NCBI GenBank assembly: GCA_024640305.1
Contig: JAHEFG010000001.1
Location: 203,476-227,475 of the forward strand
Source of the DNA: Gammaproteobacteria bacterium
Lineage (GTDB): Bacteria > Pseudomonadota > Gammaproteobacteria > Steroidobacterales > Woeseiaceae
Length of the DNA stretch: 24,000 bases
Direction of reading: 5' to 3'
In this document: positions 12,802 to 21,344 of the stretch, piece by piece
How positions within the stretch are numbered: position 1 is the first letter of the stretch
Layout of the letters: every line of letters starts with the position of its first letter
Made by a program: the position numbers and the translations under genes
The notes under the pieces: generated by a model
What the model was told of the DNA's origin: nothing
Seen by the model: the letters and a program-made list of their open reading frames with translations, nothing else
The model's database searches: none

Positions 12802-14244
12802 GTGAAAAATACTCCAGGAATTGTTGCGCTTCTTGTCGTTTCCGCGGCCATGTTCGCTTGCTCACCGCAAGAAGATGCGCTTCCAACCGCAACGGTCACG
12901 CAAGCGGCAAATCAGATCGATCTGATCGTCAACGGCGACTACATAGTGACGATGGATGATGCCGCCACTGTCCATGCAGGCGCGGCTGTCGCCATCGATC
13001 AGGGCGTTATTATCGCCATCGGGCCGGCCGCCGAAATTGCCGCAAACTACAGCGCAAGTGAGACTCTCGACGGCCAGGGTCGCGTCGTGATGCCCGGCCT
13101 GGTCAACGGCCACTCGCACGCAGCCATGACTTTGCTTCGCGGCGTCGCCGACGACCTCGCGCTGATGGACTGGCTGACGAATTACATTTTTCCCGCCGAA
13201 GTAGAATTCGTCGATGCAGAGTTTGTTCGCATTGGCACCGAGCTGGCTTGCTGGGAAATGATTCGCGGCGGCACAACCACATTCGTCGACATGTATTACT
13301 ACCCTGACGTGATCGCTGATGTGGTCGAAAAGTGCGGCATGCGTGCCCTGGTCTCGGCGACCGTAATCGATCAACGCAGCCCCGATGCCGAGAGCGCTGT
13401 CGATTCCATTCAGAAGGGCAAAGAATTCGTCAATCGCTGGCAAGGCAGGAACAGTCGCATTTCGCCCATATTCGGGCCGCATGCCAATTACACGCTGAAC
13501 GCAGAACAGTTGCGTGCAACGCGGGCGGCGGCAACCGAGGCCGGCGTACCGGTCAGCATTCACATGTCGGAGTCGCCGTTCGAAGTACAGTATTCAAAAG
13601 ATACCTTCGGCGTGACAAGCATCGAGCTTTTCGAGTCCATCGGCTTTTTCGACGGACCAACAATTGGGGCGCATGTCGTTTGGCCGACCGAGGCCGAAAT
13701 ATCGATCCTCGCCAAGCGCAACGTCGGCGTTATTCATAATCCAACCTCGAACATGAAAATTGCTTCGGGCATTGCACCTGTCACCGATATGCTGGCTGCC
13801 GGAGTCAGGGTGGGTCTCGGTACGGATGGAGCAGCCAGTAATAACGATCTCGATATGTGGGAAGAAATGCGACTCGCATCTTTCCTGCAGAAAGTGGAAC
13901 AAATGAACCCGGAGGTTCTTCCAGCGGCCACTGTATTGCGCATGGCTACTATCGGTGGGGCTACTGCGATCGGGCTCGGCGAATCTATTGGTTCCCTGGA
14001 GGTTGGCAAACGCGCCGATCTTATCCAGGTCGCGTTTGACGATGTTCACCATGTTCCAACCTACGATGTGATTTCTCACCTCGTCTACGTCACTGATGAG
14101 CAGGACGTCGCCTCGGTTGTTGTCGATGGCACACTGCTGATGCGCGACAAAGAATTCCTGACAATTGATACAGAGCGCGTAGCCGAAGAGGCCCGGACTC
14201 TGGCCGCGAATATTAAACGTGCGCTGGAAGAGAGAAACCGCTGA
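12802..14244 (+). CDS. Amidohydrolase-superfamily deaminase-like enzyme (MtaD / TrzA-AtzA / guanine-deaminase-like subgroup), probable lipoprotein
   Basis: Motifs VMPGLVNGHSHAAMTLLRG (HxH metal motif), SIHMSES, HVVW, HNPTSNMKIASG and GLGTDGAASNN (the catalytic Asp region). The start is ambiguous among TTG 12784, GTG 12802 and ATG 12850. GTG 12802 gives MKNTPGIVALLVVSAAMFAC|SPQ, a signal peptide with a lipobox-like Cys. ATG 12850 would give a cytoplasmic protein. Confidence 0.8.
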   Translation: MKNTPGIVALLVVSAAMFACSPQEDALPTATVTQAANQIDLIVNGDYIVTMDDAATVHAGAAVAIDQGVIIAIGPAAEIAANYSASETLDGQGRVVMPGLVNGHSHAAMTLLRGVADDLALMDWLTNYIFPAEVEFVDAEFVRIGTELACWEMIRGGTTTFVDMYYYPDVIADVVEKCGMRALVSATVIDQRSPDAESAVDSIQKGKEFVNRWQGRNSRISPIFGPHANYTLNAEQLRATRAAATEAGVPVSIHMSESPFEVQYSKDTFGVTSIELFESIGFFDGPTIGAHVVWPTEAEISILAKRNVGVIHNPTSNMKIASGIAPVTDMLAAGVRVGLGTDGAASNNDLDMWEEMRLASFLQKVEQMNPEVLPAATVLRMATIGGATAIGLGESIGSLEVGKRADLIQVAFDDVHHVPTYDVISHLVYVTDEQDVASVVVDGTLLMRDKEFLTIDTERVAEEARTLAANIKRALEERNR

Positions 14245-14675
14245 TGTTGCGTAATGGTTTGGCAATCGTTATTGGCATCATTACGGCATTCGTCACGGTA
14301 ATGCTCATCGATAAGGTCGGGCACATGGTTTACCCCATACCTGCCGGCCTCGACCTCACTGATCCGGACGCGATACGCCCCTACCTCGCAACGCTGCCAG
14401 TCGGTGCGATTTTATTCGTCCTGGCATCGTCCGTAGTCGCCGCTTTTGATGGCACTCTCATTGCCTGCTTGATCGGCAACATGAAGGCGCGCGTATCTGG
14501 CTCCGTGGTTGGCGGTTTTGTTTTTGCAGCGTCAGTCGCTAACTTCATTGCCATTCCGCATCCGCTCTGGTTGGCGCTCGCGACACTGGCGGGCGTGGTC
14601 CTGAGTACCTTGCTGGCGATGCGCCTGGCAATCGCGATTAGCGGAACCCAACCCCGTGACGGCAATCCAGGATAA
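14244..14675 (+). CDS. Small integral membrane protein (about 4 TM segments), function unknown
   Basis: Its ATG overlaps the amidohydrolase stop by 1 nt (TGATG). There are four hydrophobic segments: AIVIGIITAFVTVMLI, VGAILFVLASSVVAAF, VVGGFVFAASVANFIAI and LALATLAGVVLSTLLAM. I recognise no family motifs. Confidence 0.6.
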   Translation: MLRNGLAIVIGIITAFVTVMLIDKVGHMVYPIPAGLDLTDPDAIRPYLATLPVGAILFVLASSVVAAFDGTLIACLIGNMKARVSGSVVGGFVFAASVANFIAIPHPLWLALATLAGVVLSTLLAMRLAIAISGTQPRDGNPG

Positions 14676-15114
14676 CTTCAAAGACAATCATTGCTATGGC
14701 TGCGGTGCCGATAACCCGCTTGGCATGCAGATCAAGAGTCACTGGGATGGCAAAATATCAACCTGCACGTATGTTCCGCGCCCTGAGCAAAGTGCGGGGC
14801 CAACACACCTGCTGTACGGCGGCGCAATCGCCAGTCTCATCGACTGCCATAGTGTTGGCACAGCCATCGCCAACTACTACGACCTGGAAAAGCGCGACAT
14901 TGGAACAGATCCGCAAATCTGGTGCGTAACGGGCCGGCTTACCGTGAATTACCTGAAACCGACGCCGATAGATCAACCCGTTGAACTGCGCGCAGTCGTT
15001 AAACAGTGCGCTGAGAAAAAGACCATTCTGGAATGTACCGTAAGCTCAGGCGGTGAGGTCACCGCCCAGGGCGAAGTCATCGCTGTGCGCGTCCCCTACT
15101 CCTGGCGAGAATAG
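14656..15114 (+). CDS. PaaI-like hotdog-fold thioesterase with N-terminal Cys-x-x-Cys element
   Basis: GTG start at 14656, overlapping the upstream gene by 20 nt. NHCYGCGADNPLGMQIK is the typical N-terminus of this thioesterase subgroup. LLYGGAIASLIDCHSVG is the hotdog active-site region. Confidence 0.75.
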   Translation: MTAIQDNFKDNHCYGCGADNPLGMQIKSHWDGKISTCTYVPRPEQSAGPTHLLYGGAIASLIDCHSVGTAIANYYDLEKRDIGTDPQIWCVTGRLTVNYLKPTPIDQPVELRAVVKQCAEKKTILECTVSSGGEVTAQGEVIAVRVPYSWRE

Positions 15115-15126
15115 GCAGACACCGAA

Positions 15127-16326
15127 CTAAAGAAAATTCGTGCCGTAGTCCATTGGCGGCAGATCAAAAAACGTCGCGATACTCTGGCCAATATCGGCAA
15201 AGGTCTTGCGCTTACCCAAGGCACCGGCAGTAACACCTGCGCCATACGCCAACACCGGAATGTGTTCGCGAGTGTGGTCAGAGCCGGGCCACGTTGGGTC
15301 GCAACCGTGGTCGGCACACAGGAACAGCACATCGTCATCCTGCATGATGTCCAGCAACTCCGGAAGACGCTGGTCAAAGTACTCCAGTGCCTTTGCGTAG
15401 CCGTCTACGTCGCGTCGGTGGCCGAACAACATGTCGAAGTCGACGAAGTTGGTGAATACGATAGTGCGATCTCCGGCGGCACGCATTTCATCCAGCGTCG
15501 CATCGAAAAGCGCTGCATTGCCCGTCGCCTTGATTTTCTTCGTAATGCCCCGGTGCGCGTAGATATCGGCGATCTTGCCAACACTTACGACATCGCCGCC
15601 ACTGGCTACCAGCTTGTCCAGCACGGTATCTGCATGTGGTGGAGTCGTGAGGTCACGGCGATTGCCCGTACGAACATAAGTATCAGGACCGTCGCCAACG
15701 AACGGTCGCGCAATCACTCGACCGATGTTGTACTCGTCTACAAGCTCTCTCGCGATGTCGCAAAGGTCATAAAGGCGTTGCAGACCGAATGACTCTTCAT
15801 GGCATGCAATCTGAAACACGCTGTCGGCGGACGTATAGAAAATCGGCTTACCTGACGCTACATGCTCATCACCAAGTTCCTGAATAATTGTTGTTCCCGA
15901 CGCGTGGCAGTTGCCAAGATACCCCGGCAATTGCGCACGAGACACCAACTTATCGAGTAACTCCTGCGGAAAGGTATTCGTTTTTCCGGTGAAGTAGCCC
16001 CAATCGAATAACACCGGGACACCTGCAATTTCCCAGTGTCCACTGGGTGTGTCCTTGCCACTCGAAAGCTCTTCGGCAAAACCATAGGCACCGACAATGT
16101 CAGTGTCGGTATCTACACCAGCGGGAAACTCGCCCGAGCTATCACGGCCTGCGTGGAACAAACCGAGTTTGGCAAGGTTCGGCAAACGCAACGGGCCAGC
16201 TGGTGAAGCTGCACGTTGCTCCGCGATGTGCCCCAGAGTGTTTGCCCCCACATCACCGAACCGCTCGGCATCAGCCGTTGCGCCGATGCCGAAGGAATCA
16301 AGTACCAGAATTATTGCTCTGCCCAT
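15127..16326 (-). CDS. deoB: Phosphopentomutase
   Basis: ATG at 16326. [36 protein letters not shown] is the classic DeoB N-terminus. Alkaline-phosphatase-superfamily metal motifs are present ([39 protein letters not shown]). Confidence 0.93.
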   Translation of the reverse strand: MGRAIILVLDSFGIGATADAERFGDVGANTLGHIAEQRAASPAGPLRLPNLAKLGLFHAGRDSSGEFPAGVDTDTDIVGAYGFAEELSSGKDTPSGHWEIAGVPVLFDWGYFTGKTNTFPQELLDKLVSRAQLPGYLGNCHASGTTIIQELGDEHVASGKPIFYTSADSVFQIACHEESFGLQRLYDLCDIARELVDEYNIGRVIARPFVGDGPDTYVRTGNRRDLTTPPHADTVLDKLVASGGDVVSVGKIADIYAHRGITKKIKATGNAALFDATLDEMRAAGDRTIVFTNFVDFDMLFGHRRDVDGYAKALEYFDQRLPELLDIMQDDDVLFLCADHGCDPTWPGSDHTREHIPVLAYGAGVTAGALGKRKTFADIGQSIATFFDLPPMDYGTNFL

Positions 16327-16340
16327 GGCTCTACTCTAAC

Positions 16341-16370
16341 AAAATAAAAGGCCCGGTTTCCCGGGCCTTT
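16341..16370 (-). terminator. Rho-independent terminator of the cytochrome oxidase operon
   Basis: A perfect 10-bp GC-rich stem (AAAGGCCCGG 16347-16356 pairing with CCGGGCCTTT 16361-16370) has a 4-nt loop. On the minus strand it is followed by TTTTATTTT (16349-16341). It lies 24 bp downstream of the subunit IV stop codon. Confidence 0.8.
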
Positions 16371-16393
16371 GCTATTCAATACTTGCGGCCCTG

Positions 16394-16741
16394 CTAGTGG
16401 TGCGGCGCCACGACTTCAAGCTCGCTTTCGCCGAAGACCTCGAGGCGCGTGTCCTCGATGTAATCACCTTCCAGTGCCATCAGCCAAATAAGTACAAGGA
16501 TCGCAACAGGTGGGCCCAGGATCGCCAGCTTCAGGGCAGGTCTTTCCCATTTCATATGCATGAAAATCGCGATGATGAAGCCTGCCTTCAGGAACATGAA
16601 TAGCAGGATCAACCCCCAGCGGAGATTGCCCTGAAAATTCATGTAGTCGACCATATAGGAAAAGAAACTCAGTACAAACAACAGGCCCCAAATCCAGAAA
16701 TAGACACTGAGAGGGTGTTGCTGGCCTTCTTCACTTGCCAT
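16394..16741 (-). CDS. Cytochrome c oxidase subunit IV family protein (prokaryotic COX4 type)
   Basis: ATG at 16741. A 115-aa protein with 3 TM segments and the motif FLKAGFIIAIFMHMKWE, typical of bacterial oxidase subunit IV. It is the last gene of the oxidase cluster. Confidence 0.75.
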   Translation of the reverse strand: MASEEGQQHPLSVYFWIWGLLFVLSFFSYMVDYMNFQGNLRWGLILLFMFLKAGFIIAIFMHMKWERPALKLAILGPPVAILVLIWLMALEGDYIEDTRLEVFGESELEVVAPHH

Positions 16742-16762
16742 GTTTGCGGCTCCTGACTTCTC

Positions 16763-17434
16763 TTACCAGAGATAGAAAAATGCGAAAATGAATACCCAGA
16801 CGAGGTCAACGAAATGCCAGTACAGACCCGTGATCTCAACGATTTCGTAGTTGCCACCCCGCCGCTCATAGAAACCGTTACGCACGCGGTTAGCTACGAC
16901 GAGTAGATAGATGACACCGGCCGACACGTGCAGTCCGTGGAAACCCGTGATCATGAAGAAACTGGACCCGAATTGCGCAGCACCAAATGGATTGCCCCAT
17001 GGGCGCACGCCCTCCATTATTAGCTTTGTCCACTCGAACGCCTGCATGCCGACGAATGATGCGCCGAGCGCTGCTGTTGCAACCATAAGCCAGAACGTTT
17101 TCTTGCGATCTTTGCGATAGCCCATGTTCACGGCCATCGCCATAGTGCCCGATGACGTAATAAGAATGAACGTCATGATGGCGATCAAGATCAGCGGGAT
17201 CGGGTCACCACCAAATGACAGAGCAAAGACCTCACTCGGCAGCGGCCACGGATCGGTCGTTGATATACGCACCGACATATAGCCCACAAGGAAGCAACTG
17301 AAGATGAATGTGTCACTGAGCAGGAATATCCACATCATCGCCTTGCCCCACGGGACGCCAAACACCTGCTTGTCCCTGGAGAAGTCGTTGACGATGGTAT
17401 TCGCGTCGCCCGCTTCCACTACCGCTTCTGACAT
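16763..17434 (-). CDS. Cytochrome c oxidase subunit III
   Basis: FFMITGFHGLHVSAGVIYL and LYWHFVDLVWVFIFAFFYLW are subunit III signatures. The ORF track starts at TTG 17446. ATG 17434 (MSEAVVEAG...) is preferred. Confidence 0.85.
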   Translation of the reverse strand: MSEAVVEAGDANTIVNDFSRDKQVFGVPWGKAMMWIFLLSDTFIFSCFLVGYMSVRISTTDPWPLPSEVFALSFGGDPIPLILIAIMTFILITSSGTMAMAVNMGYRKDRKKTFWLMVATAALGASFVGMQAFEWTKLIMEGVRPWGNPFGAAQFGSSFFMITGFHGLHVSAGVIYLLVVANRVRNGFYERRGGNYEIVEITGLYWHFVDLVWVFIFAFFYLW

Positions 17435-17462
17435 AGTTAACCCCAAATCAAATCGACAGCAC

Positions 17463-18122
17463 TCAAGTCGATATCATCAAACCAAACAAGACTAGCCACA
17501 CGAGCAACAGGAAATGCCAATAAATTGTGCAAAGTTCGACGCTTTGCCTGACAGCATCATTGTCGCCACCCATCGCTTTCGTCGTCGCACGTGCCCAGAC
17601 ATACAAACCACCCAGAATATGCAGGCCGTGCAGCCCCGTTAACAGGTAGAAGAATGCGGCTGACGGGTTGCTCGTTAAGTAATGCCCTGTAGCGGTCAAT
17701 TGCTGCCAGGCAATTAGTTGCCCCACCAGAAACCCGACGGTCAGCAACCCTGTTAATAACAGGCCCGGCACCAGTGACGACGCATCGCGCCGCATCGCTT
17801 TGTTGCGGGTCCACTGCAAAGTAGCACTCGCCAGCACAAGCGCGCCCGTATTTACCCAGAGTAGTTGCGGCTCGGTCAGTGGCACCCAATCGCCAAGGTC
17901 CATGCGCAGCGAATACGCACTGAGGATGAGCGCGAAGAACGACGTAATTACTGCAAGCAGCGTCGTTAGCGCGACCAACTTCGGCCCTGCGTTAAACGGC
18001 GCCTGGTGGTCGGCGTCCGGAGTCACTTCTGCTACCCACGGCTGCGTATTGAATGACTGCCGAAGTATCCACCCCAGTAGTGCGGCGAGCATTGTCGCCA
18101 ATACGATTAGGCCGATTTCCAC
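17463..18122 (-). CDS. Second haem-copper oxidase subunit III-family protein (CoxO/CoxP-like paralogue)
   Basis: GTG start overlapping the subunit I stop (TAGTG). FFYLLTGLHGLHILGGLYVW and IYWHFLLLVWLVLFG are subunit III signatures. Five TM segments. Confidence 0.75.
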   Translation of the reverse strand: MEIGLIVLATMLAALLGWILRQSFNTQPWVAEVTPDADHQAPFNAGPKLVALTTLLAVITSFFALILSAYSLRMDLGDWVPLTEPQLLWVNTGALVLASATLQWTRNKAMRRDASSLVPGLLLTGLLTVGFLVGQLIAWQQLTATGHYLTSNPSAAFFYLLTGLHGLHILGGLYVWARATTKAMGGDNDAVRQSVELCTIYWHFLLLVWLVLFGLMIST

Positions 18123-19885
18123 TAGTGGTCTTCTTCGTGATCACGCCCGACCGGCGCAATGTCCGGTGGCACGTTTTGCGGAATGAAATCATCAGCGTAT
18201 CCGGGCACGCTGTAGTCATACGCCCAGCGATGGCAGGTTGGCAGGTCGTGGCCCCAGTTGCCATGTTTCGGCGGAGTGTCCGGTGTCTGCCATTCCAGCG
18301 AGGTGGCATCCCAGGGGTTCGGATCAGCCTTTGGCCCTTTCTTCAGGCTCCAGATCACATTCACAAAGAACAGGATTTGTGCGGCTGCCACAAACAATGC
18401 CGAGACGGTAATGGCGGCATTAAGATCCTGCGCAGAAGCAGGCAGGAAGTCGGTATTGCCCATTGCGAAGTAGCGGCGCGGCACGCCCTGGAAGCCCAGG
18501 TAGTGCATTGGCAGGTATATCGCATAGGTACCGAGGAACGTCATCCAGAAGTGCCACTTGCCGAGCGTCTCGTTGTACATCTTGCCTGTTATTTTTGGCC
18601 ACCAGTGATAGATAGCGCCAAATACGACCAGGATCGGCGAGACGCCCATGACCATGTGGAAATGAGCAACGACGAAATAAGTATCAGACAGCGGCAAATC
18701 GATCGTGACGTTGCCGAGGAACAACCCGGTCAAACCGCCATGGAGGAACGTAAAAATAAAACCTATCGAGAACAGCATCGGCACCCTGAGATGGATATTG
18801 CCCTCCCATAGCGTCAACACCCAGTTATAAACCTTAATTGCCGTCGGCACCGCAATGATCAGCGTCGTCGTTGCGAAGAAGAACCCGAAGTATGGATTCA
18901 TGCCACTGACGTACATATGGTGTGCCCAGACGATAAAGCTCAGGCCACCGATCGCGATGATGGCCCAGACCATCATGCGGTAACCGAAAATGTTCTTGCG
19001 CGCGTGCGTGCTCAGAAGGTCGGACACGATGCCGAAGGCCGGCAACGCGACGATATAGACCTCCGGGTGACCGAAGAACCAGAACAGGTGCTGGAACAGG
19101 ATCGGGCTACCGCCTGTGTAGCCGGGATCCATGCCTGCCGAACTGATGGCTGGCATAAAGAAGCTCGTGTGCAGCGTCTTGTCGAACAACATCATAATGG
19201 CGCTAACGAGCAAGGCGGGAAACGCAAGCAGACCCAGGATCGTTGCAATAAAAATGCCCCAGACCGACAGCGGCATGCGCATCAATGTCATACCGCGGCA
19301 GCGAGCCTGCAGCACTGTTGTGATGTAGTTAAGGCCGCCCATCGTAAATGCAACGATGAATACACCCAGCGAAGCAAGCATCAATATAATGCCCCACTCC
19401 GTGCCCGGCGTACCGGCCATAATTGCCTGTGGTGGATACAGCGTCCAACCCGCCCCCGTCGCACCGCCGGGGACGAAAAAACTAATCAGCAGAATAATGA
19501 CCGACAGCAGATATACCCAGTAGCTGAGCATATTCAGGTACGGGAACACCATGTCCCGGGAACCGACCATAAGTGGGATCAGGTAATTACCAAAGCCACC
19601 AAGGAACAGTGCAGTCAGCAGGTAGATCACCATGATCATGCCGTGCATCGTGACAAACTGGTAATAGTTCTCTGGGTTGATGAATGAAAACGAGTCGGGG
19701 AAGCCAAGTTGCAGGCGCATCATCGCCGATAGACACAATGCGATCAGGCCGACAAAGATCGCCGTACAACCGTACTGGATTGCGATGACTTTGTGGTCCT
19801 GGCTCCATACGTACTTGCTGATGAACGTTTGCGGATCGTGATGCTCGATTTCGTGGTCACGATCGGCGATTGCAACGTATCCCAT
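18122..19885 (-). CDS. ctaD: Cytochrome c oxidase subunit I (A1-type haem-copper oxidase)
   Basis: ATG at 19885. FWFFGHPEVYIVALPAFG is the helix VI motif with the conserved Glu and cross-linked Tyr. Also WAHHMYVSG and VVAHFHMVM. 587 aa with about 12 or more TM segments. Confidence 0.95.
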   Translation of the reverse strand: MGYVAIADRDHEIEHHDPQTFISKYVWSQDHKVIAIQYGCTAIFVGLIALCLSAMMRLQLGFPDSFSFINPENYYQFVTMHGMIMVIYLLTALFLGGFGNYLIPLMVGSRDMVFPYLNMLSYWVYLLSVIILLISFFVPGGATGAGWTLYPPQAIMAGTPGTEWGIILMLASLGVFIVAFTMGGLNYITTVLQARCRGMTLMRMPLSVWGIFIATILGLLAFPALLVSAIMMLFDKTLHTSFFMPAISSAGMDPGYTGGSPILFQHLFWFFGHPEVYIVALPAFGIVSDLLSTHARKNIFGYRMMVWAIIAIGGLSFIVWAHHMYVSGMNPYFGFFFATTTLIIAVPTAIKVYNWVLTLWEGNIHLRVPMLFSIGFIFTFLHGGLTGLFLGNVTIDLPLSDTYFVVAHFHMVMGVSPILVVFGAIYHWWPKITGKMYNETLGKWHFWMTFLGTYAIYLPMHYLGFQGVPRRYFAMGNTDFLPASAQDLNAAITVSALFVAAAQILFFVNVIWSLKKGPKADPNPWDATSLEWQTPDTPPKHGNWGHDLPTCHRWAYDYSVPGYADDFIPQNVPPDIAPVGRDHEEDH

Positions 19886-19897
19886 ACGGCTATCCTA

Positions 19898-21250
19898 TTA
19901 AAGCGTGTTTATGTAAGCGACGAGATCATTGATAGCCTTCTCGTCGCGAGCGACGCTGGCCATCAGTCCCATTTGAAATCCGTAATAGTCCGACAAATGC
20001 GAACCGCGAATTCCTTCCCTGAAGTTCTCAAGCTGCCGCGCGAGGTACCAATCTGACATTCCGGCCGCACGAGGTGCATTCATTGCCCGAATCCCCTGCC
20101 CGTCCGCACCGTGACAATAGGAACAGACGCGGTACAGCTTCTCGCCGTTGCCGACATCGCCTGCAACGGTCGACGGAGCCGGGTTGTCTGGCAATGTCTC
20201 AATGTGTGCAATGACGTTATCGATAGCAGCGTCATTCACCAACGTTGCAGCCATTGGCGCCATTTGCTTGCCAAACACGTCGTCAGCATGAGCGCCTCGA
20301 GTACCGCTCTTGTAATTCTGTAACTGGCGCTTCAAATACCAACTGCTCTGACCTGCAAGCTTGGGTGCGTTCAATGCCTGCATACCCTCGCCCTGCTGAC
20401 CGTGACACGCCGCGCATACAGCGAATTGCGCGGCGCCAACCTGGGCATTGCCAGCGGCTTTCATGCTGTCTTGCGCCCATGTGGATTGCTTCGCAATCCA
20501 GCTCGCATAGTCTTCCGGTTCGTCGACCACGACTGCGCCACGCATAGTGTGATGAGCAATACCGCAAAGCTCCTCGCACAAGATTTCGAAGCGACCCAGT
20601 TTCGTAGGCGTTAACCAGAGAAACGTCTCCATGCCCGGAACGAGATCCATCTTGACGCGAAATTGAGCCACTGCGAAATCGTGTAATACGTCCTTGGAGC
20701 GCAGCAGGAATTTGACCGGTGTATCAAGCGGAACATGCGCTTCGGCGCTATAGACGAGGATGTCGTCCTGGCCATTGGGGTCATCCGGATCCATGCCAAA
20801 CGGATTTTCGTCGGTAATACGCTCGGCATCGACTTCACCGAACTTGCCATCGTCGCCCGGATATCGAAACGTCCAATGCCATTGCTGACCAACGGCCTCA
20901 ACCTCGATGGCATCTTCGGGAACATTGACGAAACTTGCCCAGACAAACAGTCCCGGGGCTAGCATCGCCGCAACACCAACCGCTGTTATAGCGGTGAGCC
21001 ACGTTTCCAGTTTCTTATTCTCCGGCTCATAGGTCGCGCGAGCGCCTTTCTTGTACCGGAATTTGATGATGCAGTACGCCAGGAAGAGGTTTACAAGGAC
21101 AAAAACAGTGCCGGTAACCCAAAACGTAACGTCGATCGTGAAATCGATCAGGCCCCAGTTGGAGGCCAACTCGGTAAACGTCCAGGGACTAAGAAGGTGA
21201 AAAACAACGGAACCGACAACGAGCAGAATCAAGACAACAGCTAAAGGCAT
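19898..21250 (-). CDS. coxB: Cytochrome c oxidase subunit II with two fused C-terminal c-type cytochrome domains
   Basis: Two N-terminal TM helices, QQWHWTFRYP, and the CuA site HDFAV...CEELCGIAHHTM. Two haem c motifs follow (CAACHG and CSYCHG), each with a downstream Met-containing segment (GKQMAPM, GFQMGLM). Confidence 0.92.
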   Translation of the reverse strand: MPLAVVLILLVVGSVVFHLLSPWTFTELASNWGLIDFTIDVTFWVTGTVFVLVNLFLAYCIIKFRYKKGARATYEPENKKLETWLTAITAVGVAAMLAPGLFVWASFVNVPEDAIEVEAVGQQWHWTFRYPGDDGKFGEVDAERITDENPFGMDPDDPNGQDDILVYSAEAHVPLDTPVKFLLRSKDVLHDFAVAQFRVKMDLVPGMETFLWLTPTKLGRFEILCEELCGIAHHTMRGAVVVDEPEDYASWIAKQSTWAQDSMKAAGNAQVGAAQFAVCAACHGQQGEGMQALNAPKLAGQSSWYLKRQLQNYKSGTRGAHADDVFGKQMAPMAATLVNDAAIDNVIAHIETLPDNPAPSTVAGDVGNGEKLYRVCSYCHGADGQGIRAMNAPRAAGMSDWYLARQLENFREGIRGSHLSDYYGFQMGLMASVARDEKAINDLVAYINTL

Positions 21251-21344
21251 ACTTCAAGCATCCTATTGTTGGCTAACGCGAATTTTCTCGCCGGCAACAG
21301 CGAAGCCGGTGCCAGTCTTTTTTGTACGTATAAACCGAAATATA

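Noticed and set aside
10197-14244. The idea that the divergently encoded MtaD/DadD-like amidohydrolase recycles the 5'-deoxyadenosine produced by the radical-SAM activase YjjW.
   Set aside because: The most plausible N-terminus gives the amidohydrolase a lipoprotein signal peptide, placing it outside the cytoplasm, where 5'-deoxyadenosine is generated. An activase also turns over SAM only sub-stoichiometrically. I keep it only as a fallback in case the ATG 12850 start proves correct.
18053-19687. Two plus-strand ORFs of 252 and 256 aa (18053-18811 and 18917-19687) antisense to cytochrome oxidase subunit I.
   Set aside because: Subunit I on the minus strand is unambiguous. The plus-strand translations are highly charged (R/H/D/Q-rich) mirror products without recognisable domains.
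21290-21323. A short hairpin (CCGGC-N9-GCCGG) followed by a T-run on the plus strand, between the anti-sigma gene and coxB. I considered it as a terminator.
   Set aside because: All flanking genes are on the minus strand. On that strand the stem is followed by GAGAAAATTC rather than a U-tract, and the stem is only 5-6 bp. It is not convincing as the terminator of the sigma operon.
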